In this document: one piece after another, positions 12,737-24,280 of the stretch
Layout: every line of letters starts with the position of its first letter
Position numbering within the stretch: position 1 is the first letter of the stretch
NCBI GenBank assembly: GCA_040954595.2
Contig: CM082576.2
Location: 3,322,760-3,386,759, forward strand
DNA from: Balanoglossus misakiensis
Taxonomy: Eukaryota; Animalia; Hemichordata
Reading direction: 5' to 3'
Length of the DNA: 64,000 bases
Position numbers and translations under genes: made by a program
Notes under the pieces: model-generated
Seen by the model: only the letters and a program-made list of their open reading frames with translations
Told to the model about the DNA's origin: nothing
Database searches by the model: none

Positions 12737-12842
12737 CTCCGTCGCTCTCGGTGAAGGACTGTCTTCTAATAGGTATACGGTATTGCCGCTGTAGTCTGCT
12801 GACGGATCTTCTTTCCACGTACTACAAACATCTAAAGACTCT
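12737..12842 (-). CDS. Delta: Delta coding exon 10 (intracellular, ...VYLLEDSPSPRATE)
   Basis: tttccAG acceptor, GAG|GTGAGT donor, 106 nt, phase 2/0. Resembles the vertebrate DLL C-terminus (VY..SE....IATE). Confidence 0.88.
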
Positions 12843-13460
12843 CTGGAAATAAAAACGCGGGAAAAATGCAAATTAACAGATGTTGCTTTCATTTGCTCAT
12901 TTACGTGATGGGTTGAACGCACGCGGCACATTGTGTGTTATGACCTTGCAAGCGATTTTAAATGCGCTCCCTTTAATCACATGCATTCTGTCCCGATATT
13001 CAAAGGATGGCTTTTCCCCGGCATAATGAAATATTGTGTTCGGGTCGTTCATTCTAACCATCCCAAGGCTGACGTTATTTTAACTGTACAGTGAATATAA
13101 CGCGACCTTTTTATAAAGGGATTCGGCCATTTATGCCAGACATGTATATCTTTGCCAATATGAACATCAGTCAGTATTAGCTTAATTACATTGAACGATG
13201 AAAACAGTGTCTCGTTTCTCGATTTATATAGATTAAATGAACTGCGCTTGGGCCACGTTCAAGAATGATTTTCGCACGAACTGACATTTGATGCTTTCAT
13301 AAAGTACAACTGTCGCCAACAAAATGGCGGATTGACAGGCTACGGCGCGGTCTGTCACCAAGTACATGGCTTCTCGCATGATGCATTTTCCTAATAGAAA
13401 ATAAATGATGCACACGCTGAAAATAGAAACAATATAGATATACATTCAACTGTGGCTTAC

Positions 13461-14727
13461 CTGTATTGCGATCGCCTATCTCTGCTGGTAGAGTCCTTAA
13501 TTGTATTACTAACTTTGTAATGAACAGAGTCTATTGAATCCAGATACTGGATTTTTTCGGGAGACTGCTCCCAGTGCTTCCTTTTGGAGCTTTTGTAGTC
13601 CTGACTGCTGCTTTCGCCGCTATTTACAGGTTTTGCAATCTCGTGATTGCCTTTTGAAGAAAGTTCGTGGCCGATTAGCTGCGCGTTTTGCTGCAGTGCC
13701 TTCTCGGCCTTAAAGTCATTTTCAAACTCTTTGAGCTTCTTGAGGTGCTCTCTGTTCGTCTGTTTCAACGATGAACACTCCTCATTGCACACTTTAATGC
13801 TGATGGAGGCAGGCGGCGGCATGGCCACCTCCTTGCCCCGCATAGCTTTCAGGTCATTCTCGCACCTCCTGTTGTTCATTTTATTGTCCGAGGACGAGGA
13901 CTCCTCGTCCTCGTCCTTGCTCTTCCGCCTCCGCCTCCTGTACACAACACAGATGGTGGTCAAGATGACAACGGGGACGATGACTGCCACTGCTCCGAAG
14001 ATGGCGATCAAATGCATGGTGGAAATCGGGAGCTTGTTGCCCGCTGCCGCAGCTGGCGGTAATTCCTCGGTTGACGGCGACGACGATGGCGATGACGCAC
14101 TCACTGTGCTCTGATATGCAGACGTGGCTTCGGACTCGTCTGTGGTGGTTGCCACCGTGGTGCTGTAGATGGTCGACGCTGCCACTGTCACAGTGTTGGA
14201 CCTCGTGGTTGTTGTGGTGACCTGGTCACCACCGGGTGCGCCATTGTCCCCGAGGGATGTGGTGTCGACTGCCTCCGTTGCCTCGGCCGTGGTCCCTTCC
14301 ATCCCAAATCTGTCGCAGTTTCTCCCGCCGAAACCCTCCGGACACGTGCACGTGTAGCCGTTGATGTGGTTGTCGCACGTGCCGCCGTTCTGGCACGGGT
14401 CGCTGGCACATAGGTCCAACGGGATGGAGCAATCCTTTCCGGAGAAACCGATGGGGCACTGGCACGAGAAGTCATCCAGGAGATCGGTGCACGTGCCTCC
14501 GTTGGCACAGGGCAACAGTTCGCACTCGTCGAAATCCTTCTCGCAGAAGAAACCAATGTATCCCGGCACACACTGGCAGTAAAACGTGTCAGGTCCGTTG
14601 TTACAAGTGGCTCCGTTCTGGCACGGGCTGGGGTCACAGTATTCCATGTGGTTTTCACAGTGTAATCCATAATATCCAGGAGCGCATTGACAGGAAAACC
14701 CGTCATTTACATCGATGCATGTTGCAC
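13461..14727 (-). CDS. Delta: Delta coding exon 9 (EGF6-EGF9, Ser/Thr stalk, TM, most of the intracellular domain)
   Basis: Lies within ORF 13457..14749. EGF repeats, then [25 protein letters not shown] followed by an RRRRRK stop-transfer. tttgcAG acceptor, AG|GTAAGC donor, 1267 nt. Confidence 0.96.
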
Positions 14728-15111
14728 CTGCAAAGTAGGGAGAGAGCAAAGGTCACTTTGGGTTTTAAACTAATAATTCGAGAAATAAATATAGCCCAGG
14801 GCAAAGATGTTTAATTTGCATTTGGATATCAATTTCACATTCAATTTCGGATATTGCCAAAAGGCATTTCATTAAGCTCCAACTATCAAACCTAAAACTA
14901 AAGACGAATAATTTTTCTCCCGAGCGTTGCAGTTTGTTTGTTTGACGTAAGCTGACATGTTTGATCTCAGGCGGCTGCAGCATCGAAATCAAACATACAT
15001 GGCCGTGTTCAAACCCTTGCGTCGCGCCAGTTCACCTGGCCTCTTAGCACCCTTCAAGAGCACGTGTGCAAAAAGGATTTCATGTTTTAAAGGTTCACTC
15101 TGTGCACTTAC

Positions 15112-15325
15112 CATTTTCACACGGTGACGAAGAACAGTGGTCGCTCTGAACGTCACACCTGAGCCCAGTAAAACCGGTGACGCAGTTACAGGTGAATCCG
15201 GCACCATCGGGAATGCAAGTGCCACCATTCAGGCACGGTTCCTCCAAACAGCTCTCGATTTTTATCTCGCAGTTGAGTCCAATGAACCCGTGTGGACACT
15301 GGCAGCTGTAATCATTCAGTAGATT
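15112..15325 (-). CDS. Delta: Delta coding exon 8 (EGF4-EGF6)
   Basis: NLLNDYSCQCPHGFIGLNCE...PCLNGGTCIPDGAGFTCNCVTGFTGLRCDVQSDHCSSSPCENG. ctctAG acceptor, GTAAGT donor, 214 nt. Confidence 0.94.
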
Positions 15326-16108
15326 CTAGAGAAGAGAGAGAGATAAGAAAATATAAATATTGTACAGATTGAAGACAGATTTGGCTCTATACAGTCAAGC
15401 CGGCTAATTCCCCATTTCAAACTTTGGCCTACTGCTTAGATAAGTATCGTAGAAGATGCCCAAAAGAAAAAATACACGGGTCCCATGTTATTAAGACAAA
15501 TACCACCAGGCTAAGAAAATTGATACGCGCTTGGCAGCTAATGTATGCTAAACGCATTTTTGGAATACACAATTATTGCCACTTGTGAAAGCGGGGGAAA
15601 TTGCACGAGGCAAAAGCTTGGCTGCGTGATGCTATGCAAGTCAATATTTCATCGCTGCACAAATGTCAATTATCATGGGCCCTATTGTTGTGTAACATTA
15701 CTCCGATCAGAAAGGTTTCTAATTGAGAAAATGAATGGGTGGGGATTAACATCATTTCTGAAATAATCGTATCACATTCCACGCATATCTATTCGACTGA
15801 AAATTTTGCCTGTCCGTGACCCAAAGAAAATATGGCAACCCCAAAAATCTTATTAGGAGACGGACCACTTCTGGCGGTTCTCTCGTATCAGAAAGTGCTA
15901 CGAGCTTAATCTCGAATTACTTGTTTGCAGAGAGGCCTTTCAATTAACAATAAAACATGCGGTAAAATCAATAGAGTCCATTTAAAAAATATGTATATTG
16001 ATTGTTTCTTTGGATAATCGGCGCTTGTGCTTCCCAGTTAAGAGATGGTTTTAACGTCCATTTTTTTAACATCTGGGACATGTGGAATTGGTGACAAACA
16101 TTACTCAC

Positions 16109-16278
16109 CTCGCAGACGCCTCCGTTTTGGCAGGGATTCTCTATGCAGTTGTCGATTTGAACTTCGCAGTCCTTGCCAGTATAACCGGCTTCACACGTGC
16201 AGGTGTATGTGCCAGGGCCCGTGTTGTGGCAAGTTCCGCCATTTCGGCAGGGGTGGTGATTTGTACAAAAAATCAAAT
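16109..16278 (-). CDS. Delta: Delta coding exon 7 (EGF3-EGF4)
   Basis: [29 protein letters not shown]...PCQNGGVCE. tctacAG acceptor, GTGAGT donor, 170 nt. Confidence 0.95.
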
Positions 16279-16474
16279 CTGTAGAAAAATGGAAAAAAGA
16301 AAGGAAATGAGAAACGAATGCATGAAAAAATAATTTGACCGGTTTGACTTTCAGTAGTGTCTCAGCCGTCGCACCGTTTCGAAGGTTGCCATGGTAACAA
16401 AATGACAATCTCATCCCTGAACATTAGCGATAAAAGATGATCAGGCTATATCAAAGGATTTGTGAAATTCCTAC

Positions 16475-16605
16475 CTTGGTTGCAGTAACTGCCGCCCCAA
16501 CCTTCCTCGCAATAACAGGAAAATGGCTCAATGCAGTAGCCGTGTTGGCAGCCTGGGTAGACAGTGCAGTCGTCGCAAAATTCCCCTTGAAAACCTACGC
16601 GGCAC
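16475..16605 (-). CDS. Delta: Delta coding exon 6 (EGF1-EGF2)
   Basis: CRVGFQGEFCDDCTVYPGCQHGYCIEPFSCYCEEGWGGSYCNQ. tttccAG acceptor, GTAGGA donor, 131 nt. Confidence 0.95.
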
Positions 16606-17442
16606 CTGGAAAGACAAAATATACACCCTTGTAAGACTTCCAACCATTTCCGTTTCAGAAAATTGCACTAATAGGGTTTGCCGAGACGGCCATTTGGAGT
16701 TGAACAACATTCGCTCTATCTGCTACAGTCACCAAGAAATGCCAGGAATGCCTCTTAAAAAGCGCAAAAGCGGCACGCGTTGAGATAAACGAAACGAGTT
16801 TAGTATATTATTACTCTTTCGGGTTTGCATCGCTGGCAGACAGAGCGTTCGGAGTTCATACGTGGTGTGTTCAAGTTCCGTTGTGTTATCGCTTTTGGTT
16901 AAATTCCTAAAATATTCGCCACGCGAAGTATTTGGTGGTCGTCTATTCTTAGAAGTTGGCCAAAACACATGGGAGCTCCTATCTTGTAATAAAGAACTGT
17001 GTGAAAACGTGATCTCTCCATACTGAAGACCGACTTATAATATCAAGGTCGGAATAGGGGAGGGTATTAAAAGCACCCCTCCGCGCTATACAACTGGTGT
17101 AATCACTTGACATCCACACTCAGTTTTACTTCTCGACTTTCGCTTGTACAAAAAGTTCTCGACTTTCAAAGTATAGAAGGGCGATGTGTTTTGAAGGCAA
17201 GCCTCCTCCAGTGTGCATGTCAGTGATCATGTACCACTTGAACCGGCACAAGAGAGGGAAAAGCCCACCCGTACTGGAGAAGGGTGCTAGAATTACTAAT
17301 GCAGTAACAGTAAAGCACAACACCGGCGCCGTCAACCTTACAAAAATGGTCGTGTCGAATCTTGTAAGTGAAAGGGCCCTGTCGAACAAATGACCTCTAC
17401 ACTACACGTAAAACTTATACGTGAATATACGTGTTGACTTAC

Positions 17443-17503
17443 TTGCATTCACCTGGAGCGTCACAGTATCCATGTTCTGTACTGCAACCATCGCCGCAAA
17501 CGG
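17443..17503 (-). CDS. Delta: Delta coding exon 5 (EGF1 first half, PVCGDGCSTEHGYCDAPGECK)
   Basis: tctacAG acceptor, GTAAGT donor, 61 nt, phase 1/2. DOS-type EGF1 pattern. Not in the ORF track. Confidence 0.93.
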
Positions 17504-17939
17504 CTGTAGAATAGAAAAGAAAGATACCATATTTTTTTAATGTGATTGTTTCAAATATTTATAGAATTATATTCATTTAAATTTCATCGGTTTAAGGAAA
17601 GTTGTGCCTTGACCCTTTAGAGGGATTGTTTTGCCGTTGTCATGTCATTACCCCGTTATCACGTTTTCGAACGATTACAGCATGGGGGCCAAGGCCACTA
17701 GGACGTGGCATGCCGCCATCAACTGAGGTTAAAAATAGACATTTTGGCAGGTAGCAACGAAACGAGCAGCGGAATGCTAGTGACAGTGCATCGTCTGTGT
17801 AAGTGCATAGAAAGTGAAGACACGTGTTGAACGAGGGGGCCTTTGTTTTTTGTGTATATTGGGTTCAGATCTATGCTGAGGTGTTAGAATTTCTTAGTCC
17901 TTTTCACCATGAATAACATCGGTGTAATAGAATTCCGTG

Positions 17940-18561
17940 GGCAGCTGCCGCCGCACTTACGCGGTGATTTTCAGTATCTAACGTGCGACAGCTGCCTCGA
18001 TTGTCGACCAACAAAACAGAGCAAACTTATTTGGCATGCTAATGTATGCAGGCAGCTGCCCGGGCTAAGAGGAGGAGCGAAGCGCGACCCGTATTCACTT
18101 CCCGCTTCTCGTCTACGGAGAAAACACACATCTCGTCGTGCGCCGGCGCATCATTGGCTTGGGGGATGTAATTATATGTCGGAAAATTTTATGACGTTGC
18201 TATAGTGCTGAGAGTAAACACGGGGGCCAACACAGTATTCCTCGACAATCAAACCCCTGACGGTATTTTGACACGTCTATCGCGATCTAATCTACACTAA
18301 CAGACGGCACGCGACACGAGGATTCTTCAGCGATATATACCAGCGTGTCGACAGCGGTAACGAAAACAGCCGCAGGGCCGCAGAAATTGCGCTCTTGTTG
18401 GCGACACACGGCGTTCCGGGTTCGAAAAACAAGCAGGCGTAACCTTGGCTGCTGTCGGAGCCGGGGACCGCTGAAAAATAGCTCAGAGCAAGCTGGAGGA
18501 GGATTTGTTTTAACTAGATTAAGGAGTGGCCTGGCGCGCGAGCAGGCACGCGACTCACCTG
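17940..18561. promoter_or_regulatory. Candidate Delta intron-4 enhancer (proneural E-boxes plus Hairy/Hes sites)
   Basis: GGCAGCTGCC 17940-17949 and 18051-18060, CAGCTG 17989-17994, GGCACGCGAC 18306-18315 and 18545-18554, CACCTG 18556-18561. Confidence 0.55.
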
Positions 18562-20613
18562 TCAATTTTAGCCCCGGCACTATCAGTAATCAGTTGGGGG
18601 TCGAAGTATACGCCACCAAGAAAAGTCACTAAGGCTGATCTCCGCAGTGGAACACCTGACAGCATTTCATCAAACTTAATTGCTGCCCTAAATACTGAGC
18701 TATGTTTTATGAATGTCAGCGCCTAGTTACTAAGCCGCTGGGCCCATTTATCATGTTTCAAGGACTACATGACATATGCATCAAAATAAACCGGGTAAAA
18801 AATTATTGTACGTCGGTGTCAAAATAATACCGTTGCTCGAAAAAAATGACATGCGAATCGACAAAAATACAAAATAAAACCACTGGATATTTTAAAATGT
18901 CGTTATAGAGTATTCTGTGTAGTGCATGAAGTGTTGCCAAGCCAACCACAACCCATGACTATATATCACTGGGAGTGAATGAACTCCGCGCTGAAAATAT
19001 GCAATGTCAGTCGAAACCCGTTGGGTGAAATTAGCTTGCCTCTGACAAGCGTTCTTTAAACGAGCTGGCAAATGTCGATGATTTTATGTCTCTCTTTGCT
19101 GTAGAATTCCGGACAAGAAAAAGCAAGGCTGTTTTTTCTTCTTGGAGGCATATTTACACATGAGAGAACGGACTGGGTCAACTCGGCTTTAATTTGCAAA
19201 GTACACGGTCCCTGGCTCCAGCCTTGTTATTCAAATTTTGGCACGCGTCCGTCCGCATTCAACTATTTGCCAATTTGCGCCCTCGTTTCTTCAGCAAACA
19301 GCCTTCACAGAGTCAACACAAAAGCTGCTTGTGGCTCGTCTCCTACTAACTTTCAAACCAATGACACGCCATTTGCATATTCTTTTCTTATAGCAGTAGT
19401 GCTTTGTTATTCGCATCCCTCAGCAAAATGAACTGTATTTGCATGTCTTCATTTCGCGCGAAGAAGGGCCGAGTTAGAATTCTCAAACTTTTCTAATGTT
19501 TAATATCGTAGTCTAACTTTCATCTTGGAGACTTCAGTTGGTTCCTGCCGGTAGACAGGGCCCACTTGGTCATAATCAATGGGGTAGTTAATTTTAAGTT
19601 ATTTGCCCCCGCCTTGGGTTACACCACATATAAAACGGACATTTCACTATGGTGCAAGTATGTGGACAAACGTGGTCAGGTAATAAGCGACCTAACTTAT
19701 CACTGTCTGGTTTCTAAACACATCTTTCAATGTGCGATTGTCCGGCGACAATGTGAGAAAGCATTAAATCTACCGACATATATCACAGCATGTTTCAAAA
19801 AGACAAGTAGTATTTTAAAAAGCCTTATTTACGTGCTACCGTGTTCGAAGGAAGCTGGTCGAAATATATCCACGGTTGGTACTATATTAACGCGATTTGT
19901 GGTCGTCTGGGCGCGATTCAACGCGGGAGTAAAATATGCCGAATCTTTTCAGTTCGAAAGCCCTTTTCCATAGTTGGAACTGGGTCAATGGATTTTCATT
20001 TAGATTGGAAATGTGTACATACTTCTACAATAATGTGGCGGCCATAATCCAGAGAATAGTGTCGATTACCGCAATACACATACTGGTACGTGATTGGCGG
20101 ACCGGGGGTAACAGATGTTGCCATACGTAAAACAGCCAAGTCAACTTACGTTATATTTAACTGTCATTTTAAATTTACCGTTGGTAATCCTGGCCGTTGC
20201 CAACCACTAGAGGTTAGTTCAACCGTGTTTACACGATACCGCATTTGCATAACCGACGGTTTTTAAAAAAATCTTTACAATAGAGTAGAAACGTGGGGAC
20301 GACACGACATTAACCAAGTTTGTGCTTTGAACGAGAGCGGTATAGCATAGCGTATCCAGGGGCCCCCCTCGTCTCTTTCTCCGCGACGTGACATCGGTTC
20401 GGTACGCACGTTTGTCCTATTGACCCATGACCTCATTCGCCTGCGGCCTATTTCGCGCCAAGACGCTTGAATGAGCCGTTCTTTTTCTTTCAGCAATTAT
20501 AAGCCTCTGACACGTGGCTCGTCGGATTGTGATAGTCCAAGTGGAAAAGAGTTGTGATCTTGAGAATATTTATTATCGCTATTATTTATGTGTATCATAA
20601 GTCGTATACTTAC

Positions 20614-20883
20614 GTATCGTGCAGTACTGCGATTGCGAGTCCCCTCGCCATCCGGGCAGACACATTTTATTCCCGTGGTCGTCACACGTATAATGTCCAA
20701 GGCGGTCATCTCTGGGCTTACAGAAATCCGTGCATCGGTCGCCATAGTAATGTTCCTCGCAAGTTATGCGAAAGGCAAACGCCAACTCCACGTGTTCGCT
20801 GCGAAAATTTTCTTGAATCCAGTTATTTCCAATCGGAGCGAAACGCTGCATAGCTTGTCTTGCGATCAGTTTACGAGGACTCC
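20614..20883 (-). CDS. Delta: Delta coding exon 4 (end of MNNL plus DSL domain)
   Basis: CEEHYYGDRCTDFCKPRDDRLGHYTCDDHGNKMCLPGW...YCT matches the DSL consensus. cttatAG acceptor, GTAAGT donor, 270 nt, phase 1/1. Confidence 0.96.
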
Positions 20884-22988
20884 CTATAAGAGATAAACAG
20901 AAAAATACGGTTGTGAGTTTCTCGTGGTTGTCAGAGGACACCATGGGAACCGTCAATGTTTGCATTTTGGTTTCTTTTTTCCCCACCGCGTTTACTAGAT
21001 ATCCCACCTGTTTGATTCGGAGATAAGGATAGCCAGGGGAGCGGGGGTTGATAACCCAGACTTTGGTTACGGCAGGTGTGTGGGGGCCAGCTGAAGTGAG
21101 ACAATGTCTGTATCGCATTCCTGTAAACTGTCATGGTAAACCCCCATTTGATCGGCGGATTGCATTCTTGCATCGCGGTACATTTCTCAATGACCGTGTT
21201 AAGAGGGTACAAGAGGGGCCCTTGTGACAGGGGCCCGGGCATGACTGGCGGAGTGGCTTGAAATAAAAACCGACAGGGTTGCAGGCGAGGCATAGCGCAA
21301 GCAGCTTTCTGTGGCGCCTTTGATCAGGTGAAATGGCCCATGGAGGCAGTTTGGAGACGTCATCATGCATGAATGACACCGGCCATGGTATTTTCCTTGT
21401 GCCACTACTAGCTTGTAATTATCATGAACTGGAGCGATATGGAAAAAAAAGTGTCCAGCCATCTGTTGACGGTCACACAATCCTGCGGGCATGCCCTCAC
21501 AGCGCTGAGTTTTGAGACAAATGCTGATGTGTAGGGTTAGGAACTTAAATTTTTTAGCTTTCACGGATAACTGTTGCGTTAAACATGACCACCGGCAAGA
21601 TACACATTGGGTGATTTGGCACCGCGTTTTACAAAGCATGAACAAAAAGTCCCATGAAGAGGCGTGTGTTACGCATGGGAATGAAATATTTGTGTCGCGG
21701 TATGACCAGTGTCATACTGCGAAGATTGACCCTGACTATGCGAGCGCCTCCACAGTATCTTCAAAATGACCTCTTTGTTTTGCATTGGCAGCTGTTCCTT
21801 CTAAGCAGCGTGAATGCGTTGGGCCATTCACGCCTATTGACAGCCTTGCATTGTATAGGTTCTTTAACGAAGATCTTAAAAAATGTCCCAGTATCTCTGG
21901 GCCAACTAGATCAGTCCAAAATATCAAAGGGGCAGTGGCTTTCGCGGCGTTGAGAAAAATCACGTTGAGATTTTAAAACGTTTCTAACGAAATGTGTCGC
22001 CATGACCTTTGCTTAACCTCCCCCGTCCGATTTCATTCGCCGTTCGCCCGCCAAAAGACACGAGAAAACGTCGACAGCCTTGAGCTTAATACGATTTGGG
22101 CATACCGTTACAGGAGACCCCCAACCGCCGTAAAACACGACAGCAGATACTTGTGAAATCTTTGGGTACACCCCTGACTACTCCCCGTTTACGCATTCTG
22201 ACACATCGTTGCGGAATCCGAGAGCTATATCGCAGGCAACACGATTCAATTATTGACGTCAAAACTTTTGCTTTGTGGGCTAGTCATGGAAAAGAGCCGT
22301 CGAACAGTTTCCCAGCGAACCAAAGTCGTGTCCCACGCTCATTTACAGAGCCGGGTCCCCTTTCACACCGGCGACTGACAGACATGGTCGGATCGGCTAA
22401 CATATTGCGGCGAGGAAAGCACACATTACACTAAAAATTCTTAGTTCAGCGTGACAGAACCAGGAACGGGCGATGATGACAACTTCCTTAGGGCCGAACA
22501 TATTGCGTCGCTAGGCCGGTCGCACGTCATCGCTAAAATTCGCTTTGACAATAGACGGGGCAGTTACAGGGGGTTGGGTCTAAATTGCAACTGCACCGAG
22601 AGGTTGGGACCAGGAACTGTCGTCCTAGGAGAAGGCACGACAATGTCGGACATTAATAAAAACCGTGATCGAAGTCGGAAATTCCATTGAAAACGAAGTC
22701 ATCGATAAATGATATACATGCACTATAATCATTACGGCTGGAAGTTACACAGTCAGAGCCAAAGGTGAATGGCACCGGGAATTTTTGCATTTTTAATTTA
22801 ATTAGCACAATGCAAATTAACAAACTAAAGTGCATTAAACGAGATAAGCGCAATTTCGTCGGAGACGTTAAAAATTAAGAGGAGGCCGAGCGAAACAGCC
22901 AACCCCTGGCACGTATGAGAAGTCGGTCAGAACTGAGGACCCATGTTGGGTGATTTCGTACATTAAAACGCGACGAACAGACACCTAC

Positions 22989-23058
22989 CTGGATCGGGGA
23001 GACCGCTGGGAGTGACAGCATCGCTATGGAAAGCCTCGATAATGAGTGAAAACGTATC
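22989..23058 (-). CDS. Delta: Delta coding exon 3 (MNNL, DTFSLIIEAFHSD...)
   Basis: Conserved TFSLIIEA.H motif. tttcAG acceptor, GTAGGT donor, 70 nt, phase 0/1. Confidence 0.93.
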
Positions 23059-23533
23059 CTGAAATTGACAACGCGTAAACAAACTCATTAATGCAAGGGA
23101 TGTTGTAAAAATGCAGTGTTGACTGGGTTCTGGGAAACGCGAACGTTGGACGTAATTTTGCAATATTAATTAGTCCGCTCCCATTGCATACGGTGTGGGC
23201 GCGGTTACGCGAAATTTTATCCATGCACATCAACATGTTGAAAACTAGCAAAATGCATATTAAAACGCTCTGCCACCAAGAATAATGGCCTTGCAATTGT
23301 GTTCAGGATTATTATGGCACGTACTATATCATCTCAGTCCGCGCAAGATAATACATGGCCGCGCAGATGAACAATTGTTTGCACTCATAATGCAAATTCT
23401 ATCAATAAATAAGCAGCCTCGTCAGTTTACATTCGTTACAAAATAACAATCCGCATATTACAGACGATATTTAAGATACACACACACACACTATCGCTCA
23501 CGCATAAAAAGTTGCGTCCCACGCAATACTCAC

Positions 23534-23827
23534 CGGCCATGTGAAATCTAACGGCATTTTGATGGGATTGACAAACGGGTCCGTGTCCGACTCAGGAACT
23601 GGGAAACTGTTATTGCCCAGCACTGGCGTTTCAACTTCACCGAAGATACACGCATCATCAGTGGAAATTTGCGCTTGATAATTTTTCAGGCATACTCGGA
23701 AGAAGGTCCTGCACGGTGATCCGCACGTGTCGTTTGACAGTGATCCGCTACAACAGTGGCCGCTAACGTCCTTTCCTTGGTCGTTCGCGAAAGACACGAG
23801 TTTAAGTTGAAAAATCGAACCCGACAC
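23534..23827 (-). CDS. Delta: Delta coding exon 2 (MNNL/C2 domain)
   Basis: VSGSIFQLKL...CC...CRTFFRVCLKNYQ...C.FG...TPVLG.NSF...FTWP. tttctgcAG acceptor, GTGAGT donor, 294 nt. Confidence 0.96.
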
Positions 23828-24055
23828 CTGCAGAAACCGAGCGAGTAGAGAGAACGATATTAAAAATGAGATACCCACGTTGGTTTGAATATGCAGTAGA
23901 ACTCTATACGGCTATACACTGTATTACGTACACATGCCACACACGCATATACACATTCATAACACATACGTTATTCTATCCAGCGCTCCCGATATTACGC
24001 CTGAAAAAAATCGCCAAAATTGCACCCTTTTGTCGAAAATATAGCCTGTACTCAC

Positions 24056-24127
24056 CTGTGTTAAAACTGACAATAGACACACTGCTAAAATTTGTCCCGA
24101 ACTCCGCGACACAACCAATCTCACCAT
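24056..24127 (-). CDS. Delta: Delta-like Notch ligand, coding exon 1 (signal peptide MVRLVVSRSSGQILAVCLLSVLTQ)
   Basis: Kozak-like aaccATGg at 24127, a hydrophobic signal core and a CAG|GTGAGT donor. 72 nt, phase 0 joins exon 2 in frame. Confidence 0.85.
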
Positions 24128-24219
24128 GGTTGTTATTGTTCGCGGTTCGATCTGCTCTATCTGATTCCTCTTCTAGTCAGCCTCGCACTCGATCGTGTTG
24201 AGCCGACTCTTTGTCCCAG

Positions 24220-24280
24220 GCCCCGCCTCCGCTGGGTGATTGGCAGGCTCGGCAATGATACTGGATTGAGGCGCGTGGCG
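24220..24280 (-). promoter_or_regulatory. Delta proximal promoter (GC box, CCAAT box, CACGCG site)
   Basis: CCCCGCCTCC at 24221, ATTGG at 24239-24243 and GCGCGTGGC at 24271, about 100-150 bp upstream of the ATG. Confidence 0.5.

Noticed and set aside
13647-14706. Several antisense and alternate-frame ORFs over Delta exon 9
   Set aside because: Shadow ORFs of a GC-rich coding exon; no recognisable domains.
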